The notes below the pieces were generated by a model. It ran no database searches. It was not told where the DNA came from and worked only from the letters and a program-made list of their open reading frames with translations. From NCBI GenBank assembly GCA_030649895.1, contig JAUSEX010000045.1:17875-81874 (forward strand): a stretch of DNA of 64,000 nucleotides. The letters are read 5' to 3'. Positions 39,027-48,411 of the stretch are shown here, piece after piece. Every line of letters begins with the position of its first letter. Position 1 is the first letter of the stretch. The DNA is from Candidatus Omnitrophota bacterium (lineage in GTDB: Bacteria > Omnitrophota > Gorgyraeia > Gorgyraeales > Gorgyraeaceae). A program made the position numbers and the translations under genes.

Positions 39027-40654
39027 TACTCCTCTGCGGTCACGCGCACAACCTCTTCCATGCTGGTTACGCCATTTTTTTGTTTTTCCATACCATCGTC
39101 GTGCAACGTCTTCATGCCTTTTGAAACAGCGTAACTTCTTATATCGTCCACAGAAGCGCTTTCTATTATCATTTCCCTGATTTTATCGTCGATCGCCAAG
39201 GCCTCGAGTATCGCTATCCTTCCGAAATAACCCGTTGAGTTGCATTTTTTACATCCTTTGCCGCTGCAGGCCTTGCATATCACCCTGCATAGCCTCTGCG
39301 CAGCCACCATTACCACTGAGCTGGCTATTAAAAACGGCTCTATACCCATATCCATAAGCCTTGAAATAGCAGTAGGCGCGTCATTTGTATGAAGAGTGCT
39401 CAGCACCAATTGTCCTGTAAGCGACGCCTTTATCGCGATATCAGCGGTCTCGGAATCTCTTATCTCTCCTATCATGATCACGTCAGGGCTTTGCCTTAAT
39501 AACGAGCGCAAGCCGTTTGCGAAAGTCAAACCTATCTCCGCATTCGCCTGTATCTGCGTTATGCCCTCAACCTGGTATTCGACAGGGTCTTCTATGGTTA
39601 TAATATTTTTTTCAGGGGTATTCATCTGATTTATCACAGAATAAAGCGTGGTGGATTTTCCGCTGCCGGTCGGCCCTGTCACAAGTATCATGCCAAAAGG
39701 CTTTGCTATCGCCTCCTTAAATCTCGCAAGCGTATCGCTTGAAAAACCAAGCGTATCAAGGCCTATTGAAAGGTTTGATTTATCAAGCGCCCTCATCACC
39801 ACCTTGCCTCCAAAAGCGGTCGGCAGCATAGACACCCTGAAATCGACCTCTTTTTTCTGCATCCTTATTCTGAACCTTCCGTCCTGGGGCACCCTAGATT
39901 CTGTTATATTCATACCGGACATAATCTTTAATCTCGCTAACACGGCATTCTGATTCTTCTTCGGCACCCTCAGGACCTCTTGAAGATTTCCGTCAATCCT
40001 GTATCTCACGCGCATATAATCTTCTTCAGACTCAATATGTATATCAGAAGCCCTTTTTTTCAAAGCCTCCAGTATTATTAAGTTGACCATTTTTACAATA
40101 GGCGGGGTCCCGCCTTCCAGCGCAGCCTCCCCGATATCAAACTCTTCTTTCGCCATATCCAAGACTTCCAGATTAGCTTCTTCTGTATTCTTAATAGCGT
40201 CCGACAAAGACTTATTTCCCGTATCGTAAAATTTATCTATCGCGCTCAATATATCGGTTTCAGTACTCATCACAGGCTCTATGCTGAATTTTGTGAGCAT
40301 CTTCAGGTCATCTATTGCAAATATATTCAGCGGATCTGCCATAGCAACTATCAATGTATTGGAGAACCTGCATATGGCAATAACCTTGTACTGCCTCGCC
40401 ATTGCCTCATGTATAAGTTTGACGCTGTCTTTTTCCACTTTATATTTTGAAAGATTAATAGCTGGTATATTTAATTCCCTGCTCATCACTGACATCAGGT
40501 CTTTCTCGGCTATCATCCCCTCTTTAATAAGTATCTTGCCAAGGCTCCCGCCGTCTTTTGTCTGAATATTCCTGGCCCTCTCGAGATCTTTCTGCGCAAT
40601 AAGCTTGTTATCAACCAGCGCCTGTATCAATCTGTCTTTTAACGATTTAGCCAT
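39026..40654 (-). CDS. PilB/GspE-family ATPase (paralog 2)
   Basis: ASDIHIE, PQDGRF, GPTGSGKSTT, LRQSPDVIMIGEIRD, compact CxxC..CxxC. Confidence 0.93.
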   Translation of the reverse strand: MAKSLKDRLIQALVDNKLIAQKDLERARNIQTKDGGSLGKILIKEGMIAEKDLMSVMSRELNIPAINLSKYKVEKDSVKLIHEAMARQYKVIAICRFSNTLIVAMADPLNIFAIDDLKMLTKFSIEPVMSTETDILSAIDKFYDTGNKSLSDAIKNTEEANLEVLDMAKEEFDIGEAALEGGTPPIVKMVNLIILEALKKRASDIHIESEEDYMRVRYRIDGNLQEVLRVPKKNQNAVLARLKIMSGMNITESRVPQDGRFRIRMQKKEVDFRVSMLPTAFGGKVVMRALDKSNLSIGLDTLGFSSDTLARFKEAIAKPFGMILVTGPTGSGKSTTLYSVINQMNTPEKNIITIEDPVEYQVEGITQIQANAEIGLTFANGLRSLLRQSPDVIMIGEIRDSETADIAIKASLTGQLVLSTLHTNDAPTAISRLMDMGIEPFLIASSVVMVAAQRLCRVICKACSGKGCKKCNSTGYFGRIAILEALAIDDKIREMIIESASVDDIRSYAVSKGMKTLHDDGMEKQKNGVTSMEEVVRVTAEE

Positions 40655-40711
40655 TTTGCTTTCTAAATGCCGTTCCCGATCGACGAACGGGAAAAAGAGA
40701 TAAGTTTTTAA

Positions 40712-42469
40712 TTATTCATCCGCCACTGTTACGCGCAAAACCTCTTCGAGGCTCGTAAGGCCTTCTAAAACTTTTGCAATACCGTCTTCGCGCAATGTCC
40801 TCATGCCTTCGTCCCTGGCAATCTTTTTCAATTCATTTTCCCTGGCACGCTTTAAAACAAGATTTCTTATTGCAGGCGTAAGCGCAAGTACCTCGCATAT
40901 ACCTACCCTGCCTGCATATCCCGTATGTAGGCAAGCGCTGCATCCTTTCGCCCTGTAAAAGGATCCAACCTTTCCGACTCCGTGAGTCGCCGCATTCGCG
41001 CTGCGACCCGCGGAGCCGGAAAGGTTAATGCCAAGCCTTGAACTTAAAATATCGCTTGGTTTGTATTCCTCTCTGCATTTGGCGCATAATTTCCGGATAA
41101 GCCTTTGCGCGACTATTGCAATAAGGGATGATGTTATTAAAAAAGGTTCGCAGCCCATATTTATAAGCCGCACCACTGTACCAGGTGCGGTAGTCGTGTG
41201 AAGAGTGCTAAGTACAAGATGGCCTGTTAACGCGGACTTTATCGCTATATCCACTGTATCGAAATCCCTTATCTCTCCTATCATTATCACGTCAGGATCC
41301 TGCCTGAGAATCGACCTGAGCGCACTGGCAAATGTAAGGCCTGCCTCTGCCCTGGCTGTAACCTGATTAATACCCTCTATCTGGTATTCAATGGGATCCT
41401 CGACTGTTATAAGATTTTTTTCAGGGGAATAGACATGTCTCATTAGAGAATAAAGAGTAGTAGTTTTCCCGCTTCCCGTAGGGCCAGTGACAAGTATCAT
41501 GCCATGAGGCCTGGACGCGCATTTTTTTAATTTATCCAGGGAGTCCCCGCTGAAGCCCAGCTTATCAATATCAAGCATAGCCTGAGATTTATCCAGCACC
41601 CTCAATGCTACTTTTTCGCCTTTACTCGAGGGGAGAATGCTTACCCTGAAATCTACATTGTTATTATTTATTTTCAACCTGAACCTGCCGTCCTGCGGAA
41701 GGCGGCGTTCGGCAATGTTTAATTCAGACATGACCTTTATCCTGGAAACAATAGATTCATGCGTATTTTTCGGCAGGGATTCCGCTTCCTTTAATACGCC
41801 GTCTACCCTGTACCTGATGCGCACTGAATTTTCCATAGGCTCTACCAGGATATCGCTGGACCTGGCTTTTATCCCGTTTTCAAGTATCATATTTGTCAAC
41901 TTTACAACAGGCGCCTCTTCCACCAGCTTAAACAACCTCTCTGAATCTACTTTTTCTTCAGTCCCGCCTATCTGTATGAACTCTATGTCCTGCGTCTTCA
42001 TATCTTCCATTAATTCTTCTATGGCTTCATGGGTATTCTCTCCATAATACTGGTCTATTGCGTCCTGAACCTCTTTTTGAAAAGCTATAATAGTGCCTAT
42101 GTCAAGCTTGGTAATAGCCCTTATATCATCAATCGCAAAAATATTCAACGGATCCGACATTGCAATGGTAAGCATATTGCCAACCCTTGAGACAGGTATT
42201 ATCTGGTATTTATTCGCCACTTCGCGAGGGATAAGCTTTATGAGTTCCGGGTCTATTTTAAAACGCGCCAGGGATATAGGCGGGATACCGAGGCCCTGGC
42301 TCAAAACCGACATAAGGTCTTTTTCTGTTATAAAGCCTGCTTGTATGAGGATGCTTCTTAAAGAGCCGCCCTTTGCTTTCTGGATCTTCAACGCCTCGTC
42401 CAGCTGGGCTTTTGAAATAGTCTTATCGCTTATCAACAATTCTATCAGACGCTCTTTTAATGAATACAT
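40712..42469 (-). CDS. pilB: PilB/GspE-family ATPase (paralog 1)
   Basis: PQDGRF, GPTGSGKTTT, LRQDPD, TGHLVLSTLH; in-frame family C insertion in the Zn loop. Confidence 0.93.
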   Translation of the reverse strand: MYSLKERLIELLISDKTISKAQLDEALKIQKAKGGSLRSILIQAGFITEKDLMSVLSQGLGIPPISLARFKIDPELIKLIPREVANKYQIIPVSRVGNMLTIAMSDPLNIFAIDDIRAITKLDIGTIIAFQKEVQDAIDQYYGENTHEAIEELMEDMKTQDIEFIQIGGTEEKVDSERLFKLVEEAPVVKLTNMILENGIKARSSDILVEPMENSVRIRYRVDGVLKEAESLPKNTHESIVSRIKVMSELNIAERRLPQDGRFRLKINNNNVDFRVSILPSSKGEKVALRVLDKSQAMLDIDKLGFSGDSLDKLKKCASRPHGMILVTGPTGSGKTTTLYSLMRHVYSPEKNLITVEDPIEYQIEGINQVTARAEAGLTFASALRSILRQDPDVIMIGEIRDFDTVDIAIKSALTGHLVLSTLHTTTAPGTVVRLINMGCEPFLITSSLIAIVAQRLIRKLCAKCREEYKPSDILSSRLGINLSGSAGRSANAATHGVGKVGSFYRAKGCSACLHTGYAGRVGICEVLALTPAIRNLVLKRARENELKKIARDEGMRTLREDGIAKVLEGLTSLEEVLRVTVADE

Positions 42470-42545
42470 ATTATTTTCTTCTCTACCCCGCTTCCGTATC
42501 TCGCTCCCATGACCGCTAGAAGAACGCTGGTAGTCCAGTCAAAGA

Positions 42546-42983
42546 TTATTTATAATATTTCTCTACCGCTTTTTTAATATCCGTAGCCGTGCTGACAAAA
42601 ATTTGCACGCACAAGCCTGATAATAGCGCGATGTCTTCCACTGCCTGGCTATTCAAAGGATTTGCCATTGCTATGGTAAGATTACTGCCTATCTTGTCCA
42701 CCGGAATCAAGCAATATTGTATCGCCACATTTTTAGGGACTATCTTGACTATCTCAGGATCTATTTCATAATTTTCGAGCGGCAGATAGGGAAAGCCGTA
42801 CTGGGCTGTTATAGCCTGCGCAATCGCTTCTTCAGTCACATAGCCTAAGTCAACAAGAACCTGGCCTATAAGGCCGCCCTTATCTTTCTGTATTTCCAGG
42901 GCATGCTGAAGCTGGGTCCTATTTATAAGCCCCAGGTCAGCCAAAAGTTCCCCCAATTGTTTTAAGTTTATACGATTAGCCAT
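42546..42983 (-). CDS. Stand-alone MshEN/GSPII_N domain protein
   Basis: QLGELL..LGLI...QL..AL..Q.....LIGQVL..LG.V; IAMANPL. Confidence 0.85.
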   Translation of the reverse strand: MANRINLKQLGELLADLGLINRTQLQHALEIQKDKGGLIGQVLVDLGYVTEEAIAQAITAQYGFPYLPLENYEIDPEIVKIVPKNVAIQYCLIPVDKIGSNLTIAMANPLNSQAVEDIALLSGLCVQIFVSTATDIKKAVEKYYK

Positions 42984-42987
42984 ATCG

Positions 42988-43079
42988 CTTCTCGACTCGG
43001 TTGCTTCGCGTCCTCGCTCGAAGAATATTAATATTGCTCAAGCGGACACTGTTACTGCATTCGTAGTTCAGCCGAGAAC
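42988..43079. repeat. Family A L+R element (a degenerate copy also at 42478-42545)
   Basis: CTTCTCGAC...GCTCGAAGAATATT..TATTGCTCAAGCGGACA...GCCGAGAAC. Confidence 0.88.
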
Positions 43080-43085
43080 CTCTAT

Positions 43086-44153
43086 TTATTTACCCTTCAG
43101 CACCCTTTCTAAATCCTGCACTTCCGTAGTGCTGGCCAAAGCCTCTTCTTCCGATATAGCGCCTTTTTTGTATAAGTCGAAAAGCGCCTGGTTCATAGTC
43201 TGCATATTATCCTTCTGCCCTGTCTGGATCACGGAATATATCTGATGAATCTTTGATTCTCTTATCAGGCTTTTTACAGCGTGGTTTGAGATAAGCACCT
43301 CTACGGCAAGGACCCTGCCTTTACCGCCCTTCCGCAGCAATAGCTGCTGCGAAATAACGCCTGTCAATACAAAAGAAAGCTGTGTCCTGACCTGCGCCTG
43401 CTGCCTTGAAGGAAATACGTCTATAATGCGGTTGATCGTCTGCGCGCTGTCTGAAGTATGAAGCGTTGCAAAAACAAGATGCCCTGTTTCCGCGATCACA
43501 AGAGCCGCCTCTATTGTTTCCAGGTCCCTCATTTCTCCTATCAAAATAACATCAGGGTCTTCCCTGAGTATGTGCCTAAGGCCCTGGCCAAATGAGTGAG
43601 TGTCAGCCCCGACCTCTCTCTGGTTTATTATGGATTTTTTATTTAAATGCACGTATTCTATGGGATCCTCTATCGTGATTATATGACAATCTCTGTTTGT
43701 ATTTATATAATTTATCATTGAAGCGAGACTTGTAGATTTTCCGCTACCTGTGGCTCCAGTGACAAGCACAAGGCCTTTCTGGCGCTGGCAAAAATCCTGG
43801 ACTACCTTTACAGGAAGGCCGCATTCCTCAAAACTCATTATCTTAAAAGGAAGCGCCCTGATAGCGGCCCCCACAAATCCTCTTTGAAAAAACACATTCA
43901 CCCTGAACCTGCTTACGCCTTCTATGGTAAACGCGAAATCTAATTCCTTGTCCCGCTCAAAGCTGCTTTTCTGATCATTTGTAAGAATAGAATGTACCAG
44001 GGCCTTCACCGATGGACCGTCCAACGCCTCACCGTCCAGAGGCAAAAGGCTGCCGTCCATCCTCATATGCGGCATAGTCCCTGCGCTCAAATGCACATCC
44101 GAAGCCCCTTTTTGGACAGCGTCTTTTAGTAACTGACTCAAATCCTTTACCAT
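43086..44153 (-). CDS. pilT: Pilus retraction ATPase
   Basis: ASDVHL, RFRVN, GATGSGKST, TIEDPIE, LREDPD, ETGHLVFATLH, QTMNQ. Confidence 0.96.
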   Translation of the reverse strand: MVKDLSQLLKDAVQKGASDVHLSAGTMPHMRMDGSLLPLDGEALDGPSVKALVHSILTNDQKSSFERDKELDFAFTIEGVSRFRVNVFFQRGFVGAAIRALPFKIMSFEECGLPVKVVQDFCQRQKGLVLVTGATGSGKSTSLASMINYINTNRDCHIITIEDPIEYVHLNKKSIINQREVGADTHSFGQGLRHILREDPDVILIGEMRDLETIEAALVIAETGHLVFATLHTSDSAQTINRIIDVFPSRQQAQVRTQLSFVLTGVISQQLLLRKGGKGRVLAVEVLISNHAVKSLIRESKIHQIYSVIQTGQKDNMQTMNQALFDLYKKGAISEEEALASTTEVQDLERVLKGK

Positions 44154-44233
44154 GTAACCTCCTTAACATCTTGCCGACTCTGTTTATATTATGCGCTCAT
44201 AACTGTCCGAAAAATATTTTTGCCGGTTGAAAA

Positions 44234-45598
44234 CTATACAGCTACTCTGTTCTTGCCAAGAGCCTTGGCATTGCGCACAAGCCTCTCCGCCTTTTCCATC
44301 AGCTCTTCCGCCGTAGAGCCGTCTATCGGATTCTCTGAAACGCCGACGGAAACAGTCAATTTCTTATCAGCCCTGGCTAGCCTTCCAAGCCCGTCTTCTA
44401 TCTTTTTCCTAATCTCTTCCGCGACATGCGCGGCCTGCCTTTTATTTTTCTCAGGCAAAATTATCCCAAACTTATCGTCGCGCAGGCGCCCTACCCTGTC
44501 TATCTCCATAACAGAACTTTTTAAAATAGCGCCCGCCTCCTTTAAAAGCGCCTCCGCCTTTCCCTGGCCATTGGCCGCGGAAAAATCTTTAAAATTATCC
44601 ATATCCACCAGGAGGTACCCGCACGGCCTCTGATACAAAAGCGCTCTTTTTATTTCCTCGTCCAGCCTGGGCTTCATATAACTGTAATTATACAGGGACG
44701 TCATTTCGTCTTTTGTAGTAAGCTCTTTTGATTTCTTTATAAGCATGTCGTTTTCAACAGCTATTGAAATCTGCTTGGCAAACACCTTCAGGAGTTCTTT
44801 TTCATCATCCGCAAAAATAAAATCTTTTTCATTGTTTCCAACCACAAGCATCCCGCATAATTTCCCAACGACTGTTACTGGGATGCTGACAATATTTTTC
44901 AGACCGAACCTATTCATCAAACAATCATGAGATACTTCAGATTGCTTTACCTTCTCCCCCAGCGCCTTTCCTTCTTCAAGATTACAGCTGGACGCTAAGC
45001 TATATTCATTTGCGCCATCTTCCGCAAGCAGCAAAACCGAAACTGAATTATACTCCACATCCGACACCTTCTGCGTTATAAAATCCAGGGTATTCTTTAA
45101 TTCTTTCGAAGAGGAAATGACATTTCCTATTTGCAAAAGCCCGGAAAGCGCAATGACCTTTTTATTTATCTCTATATTTATCAGCTTTGTCTTTTCCCCG
45201 TACGTCTTCAGCTCCTCCATGTTGTCTTTTATCTTCTGCGTCATGATATTCAGGGATTTGCTCAGATCTCCTACTTCATCTTCCCGGTTGATATCTATAA
45301 TATTTATCGCGCCGCCTTCGGCTATTATCTTCGCGTCCCCGGCCATTTTTATAACGGGGTCTATCATCTCTTTTGTAATATAAAGCCCTAGCATGGATAT
45401 TATTATGCATATAACCAATATAAAACTTATATTGGACAAGCTAAGCCCGAAAAATAAATTTATATTAGGAAAGATATACGTTATAACAATCCAGGCGCAT
45501 ACCATTATAGGGATAAGCGACATCAGGGAAAAACCTATCATTGTTTTGTATCTCAGGCCTTTGGGAACCATCGAAATATCTTTTGCTAGCTTTAACAT
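44234..45598 (-). CDS. Membrane HAMP-GAF-GGDEF protein with degenerate active site
   Basis: 2 TM, HAMP (REDEVGDL), D.MTSLYN, DMDNFK, signature RLRDDKF instead of GG(D/E)EF, AKALGKNR. Confidence 0.85.
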   Translation of the reverse strand: MLKLAKDISMVPKGLRYKTMIGFSLMSLIPIMVCAWIVITYIFPNINLFFGLSLSNISFILVICIIISMLGLYITKEMIDPVIKMAGDAKIIAEGGAINIIDINREDEVGDLSKSLNIMTQKIKDNMEELKTYGEKTKLINIEINKKVIALSGLLQIGNVISSSKELKNTLDFITQKVSDVEYNSVSVLLLAEDGANEYSLASSCNLEEGKALGEKVKQSEVSHDCLMNRFGLKNIVSIPVTVVGKLCGMLVVGNNEKDFIFADDEKELLKVFAKQISIAVENDMLIKKSKELTTKDEMTSLYNYSYMKPRLDEEIKRALLYQRPCGYLLVDMDNFKDFSAANGQGKAEALLKEAGAILKSSVMEIDRVGRLRDDKFGIILPEKNKRQAAHVAEEIRKKIEDGLGRLARADKKLTVSVGVSENPIDGSTAEELMEKAERLVRNAKALGKNRVAV

Positions 45599-45689
45599 AC
45601 GCGCCTCCGTGTTTATTAACTCAAAGTATACAATACAATATATATAAATGCAAGCATAGGGCGTTCACCTTCCCGGTCGGGGAGGTTTT

Positions 45690-47327
45690 TTATTTTATAA
45701 ACCCCCATGGCAAGCTTTCGCCCGCCTCTTTTTTCTTTAAATAGATCTCCGGTCCTACGCCTGCCTCCTGAAAAGCCTGAACCCACAGATTATAATTAAA
45801 ATGTTCCGTCCAAGCCTGAAGCCGCAAACCTTTCTCCCACGCCTTCAGTATAACCTTGCCTATATTTTTATCGCCCCTGGCCAGCGCCGCCTCGATCCTA
45901 GCTATTTCCGGACTATGGAAACTCGCTCTCACCCTTGAGCCTTGAGCCCTGAGCCTTGAGCCCAAGCGATTTTGTTTCTCTTTAAGATTTTCCAGGCTCT
46001 CCATCCCTTCCTTCTCAAAATCAGAATACGGCTTCGGTATAAAAGGGCTCACGCTTATATTCACGTTTTTTATTTTCCCAGCCAGATCTATTATCGCGTC
46101 AAGATCTTCATCGGTCTCTCCCGGAAGCCCTATCATAAAATAGAGTTTTACTTTCCTCCATCCGGAGCTTAAAGCAGCTCTGGACTTTTCCAGAATTTCC
46201 GCGTCTGTTATTTTTTTATTTAAGGCATGCCTGAGGCGCTCACTCCCCGCTTCAGGCGCAAATGTAAGCCCTGCCCTTTTCAGCGTATCCATGCCGCTGT
46301 ATTCTTCAAATGTCCCCACTCTTAAAGACGGCAGAGACACCTTTACCCCGAGCGGCTTAAATTTCTCTTCAAGTTTTTTGGCGAGCTCCTCGATGTGCGG
46401 GTAATCGCCTGACGAAAGGGACAGTAAAGATAACTCTTCGTATCCTGTACTTTTTACAGATTCCTCCGCTATTTCCATGATCCTTTTTACGGAACGGATT
46501 CTTAGCGGATTAAAAATTTTACACGCCTGGCAGAATTTACATTGATGCGGACATCCGCGCATTATCTCTATGCCGATCCTGTCGTGGATAATCTGTATAT
46601 ACGGGACTACTATATCCGCAGGAAAATAAGCGGCGTCCAGATCCTTGACAATGCGTTTTGTTATGGCCGCAGGTCTCATCCCGATCGACGATCGGGACAC
46701 CAATCCCGATCGTCGATCGGGATTGGTAAAACTTGGAACATAAACGCCTTGTATCTCTGAAAGTTTTTTTAGCACAACTTCTCTTCTGCGATTCACCCTT
46801 AACCCTTCACCCTTCACCGCATTTACTATTTCTAATATCGCTTCCTCCGCCTCTCCGATCACAAAGGCATCTATGAAATCTGCCAGCGGCTCAGGATTGA
46901 ATGCGCACGGGCCTCCGGCTATTACAATAGGGCTGTCGTCTTCTCTTTCCGCGGAATATATCGGCACCCCTCCCAGGTCCAGGATATTAAGAACATCCAA
47001 ATAATTCATTTCATATTGAAGAGAAAAACCAATAATATCAAACTCCTTCAAAGCGTGAGCTGATTCAAGAGAAGAGAGCTTTTCCTTTCTATCTCTCAAT
47101 CTTTTCTCCATATCCATCCACAGGGCAAAAACCCTTTCGCATATTACATCTTTTTTCCCGTTCAATATGCCGTATAAAATCCTCATGCCGAGATGACTCA
47201 TGCCTATTTCATAAATATCCGGAAACGCCAGCGCTACTTTCAAAACGGTCTCGCCCCATTCTTTATGGACAGCGTTCCACTCGCTATTTATATATCTCGC
47301 CGGTCTTAATATATCTGAATCTACCAT
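45690..47327 (-). CDS. B12-binding radical SAM protein (TIGR03960-like)
   Basis: AFPDIYEIGMSHLG, AGGPCAFNPEP, RGCPHQCKFC, TFAPEAGSERLR, YFMIGLPGE. Confidence 0.92.
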   Translation of the reverse strand: MVDSDILRPARYINSEWNAVHKEWGETVLKVALAFPDIYEIGMSHLGMRILYGILNGKKDVICERVFALWMDMEKRLRDRKEKLSSLESAHALKEFDIIGFSLQYEMNYLDVLNILDLGGVPIYSAEREDDSPIVIAGGPCAFNPEPLADFIDAFVIGEAEEAILEIVNAVKGEGLRVNRRREVVLKKLSEIQGVYVPSFTNPDRRSGLVSRSSIGMRPAAITKRIVKDLDAAYFPADIVVPYIQIIHDRIGIEIMRGCPHQCKFCQACKIFNPLRIRSVKRIMEIAEESVKSTGYEELSLLSLSSGDYPHIEELAKKLEEKFKPLGVKVSLPSLRVGTFEEYSGMDTLKRAGLTFAPEAGSERLRHALNKKITDAEILEKSRAALSSGWRKVKLYFMIGLPGETDEDLDAIIDLAGKIKNVNISVSPFIPKPYSDFEKEGMESLENLKEKQNRLGSRLRAQGSRVRASFHSPEIARIEAALARGDKNIGKVILKAWEKGLRLQAWTEHFNYNLWVQAFQEAGVGPEIYLKKKEAGESLPWGFIK

Positions 47328-47343
47328 CTATTCTTTCCCAAAG

Positions 47344-48411
47344 TTATCTATGAATTGCGACACTCTCCAGCAATCCCAGCGCTATCATAGTGACTAAAAG
47401 CGATGAACCGCCGTAACTTACAAGCGGCAAAGGCAAACCCACAACCGGCATAAATCCCATCGTCATGCTGATGTTGACAATAACCTGGATGCCTATTATA
47501 GTGGCCATGCCGCAGGCTACCAGGACGCCGCACGGGTCATCTGTTTTTCTGGCTATCTCTATAGCCCTTCTGACCAGGACGTAATACAGCGCTATTAAAA
47601 TCGCGCTGCCTGCAAAACCCCATTCCTCTCCCGCCACTGAAAATATAAAATCCGTATGCCGCTCTGTTAAAAAATTCAATTGGCTCTGAGTGCCGCTGAG
47701 CCAGCCCTTTCCAAATATCCCTCCGGAACCAATCGCTATCCTGGATTGTATAACAGTATATCCTGCGCCAAGAGGGTCTATGTTCGGATTCACAAAAACC
47801 ATCAGCCGGTCCTTTTGATAATCCTTTAACATTAACCAGGCCAGCGGCGATGCTGCCAGTCCGGCCGCCATTATAAAGAATAGATGCTTGAGCCTTGCGC
47901 CCCAGATATATAAAAGCACAAGAAATACAGGCACAAGCATAAGCGCTGTCCCTAGATCCGGCTGGGCAAGTATCAATACAAACGGCAGGATCATAAGCAA
48001 AAAAGCCGCTGCGATATTTCCAAGCCCCTTTTTACTCTTTTGCTCCGTCAGATACTGTATTAAAGCCAGGGTAATAAATAGTTTTGCGAATTCAGAAGGC
48101 TGGAAGTTAAAAGAGCCTAATTCAAGCCATCTTTGCGCGCCGAGCCTTTTAGAGCCGAAGAAAAATACAACCAACAATAAAACAATAGAAAAGAAATAAA
48201 ACACATAACCCAGGCTTATGATTTTCCTGTAATTTATATTTATTATGCCCATAAAAAATAACGCCCCTATTAAAAACCACGCTATCTGCCTTATTATAAA
48301 ATCTATGTTCTTCGAATAAATGGCGCTAAAAAGAAATAAAAGGCCTGCGATAAATATGGCTACGGCCGCGCCAAACAACACCCAGTCAAAATCTTTATAT
48401 TTTTTAATCAT
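47344..48411 (-). CDS. rodA: Rod shape-determining protein RodA
   Basis: GAQRW, QPSEFAK, QPDLGTA, HTDFIF, SYGGSS; start reassigned to ATG 48411. Confidence 0.95.
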   Translation of the reverse strand: MIKKYKDFDWVLFGAAVAIFIAGLLFLFSAIYSKNIDFIIRQIAWFLIGALFFMGIININYRKIISLGYVFYFFSIVLLLVVFFFGSKRLGAQRWLELGSFNFQPSEFAKLFITLALIQYLTEQKSKKGLGNIAAAFLLMILPFVLILAQPDLGTALMLVPVFLVLLYIWGARLKHLFFIMAAGLAASPLAWLMLKDYQKDRLMVFVNPNIDPLGAGYTVIQSRIAIGSGGIFGKGWLSGTQSQLNFLTERHTDFIFSVAGEEWGFAGSAILIALYYVLVRRAIEIARKTDDPCGVLVACGMATIIGIQVIVNISMTMGFMPVVGLPLPLVSYGGSSLLVTMIALGLLESVAIHR

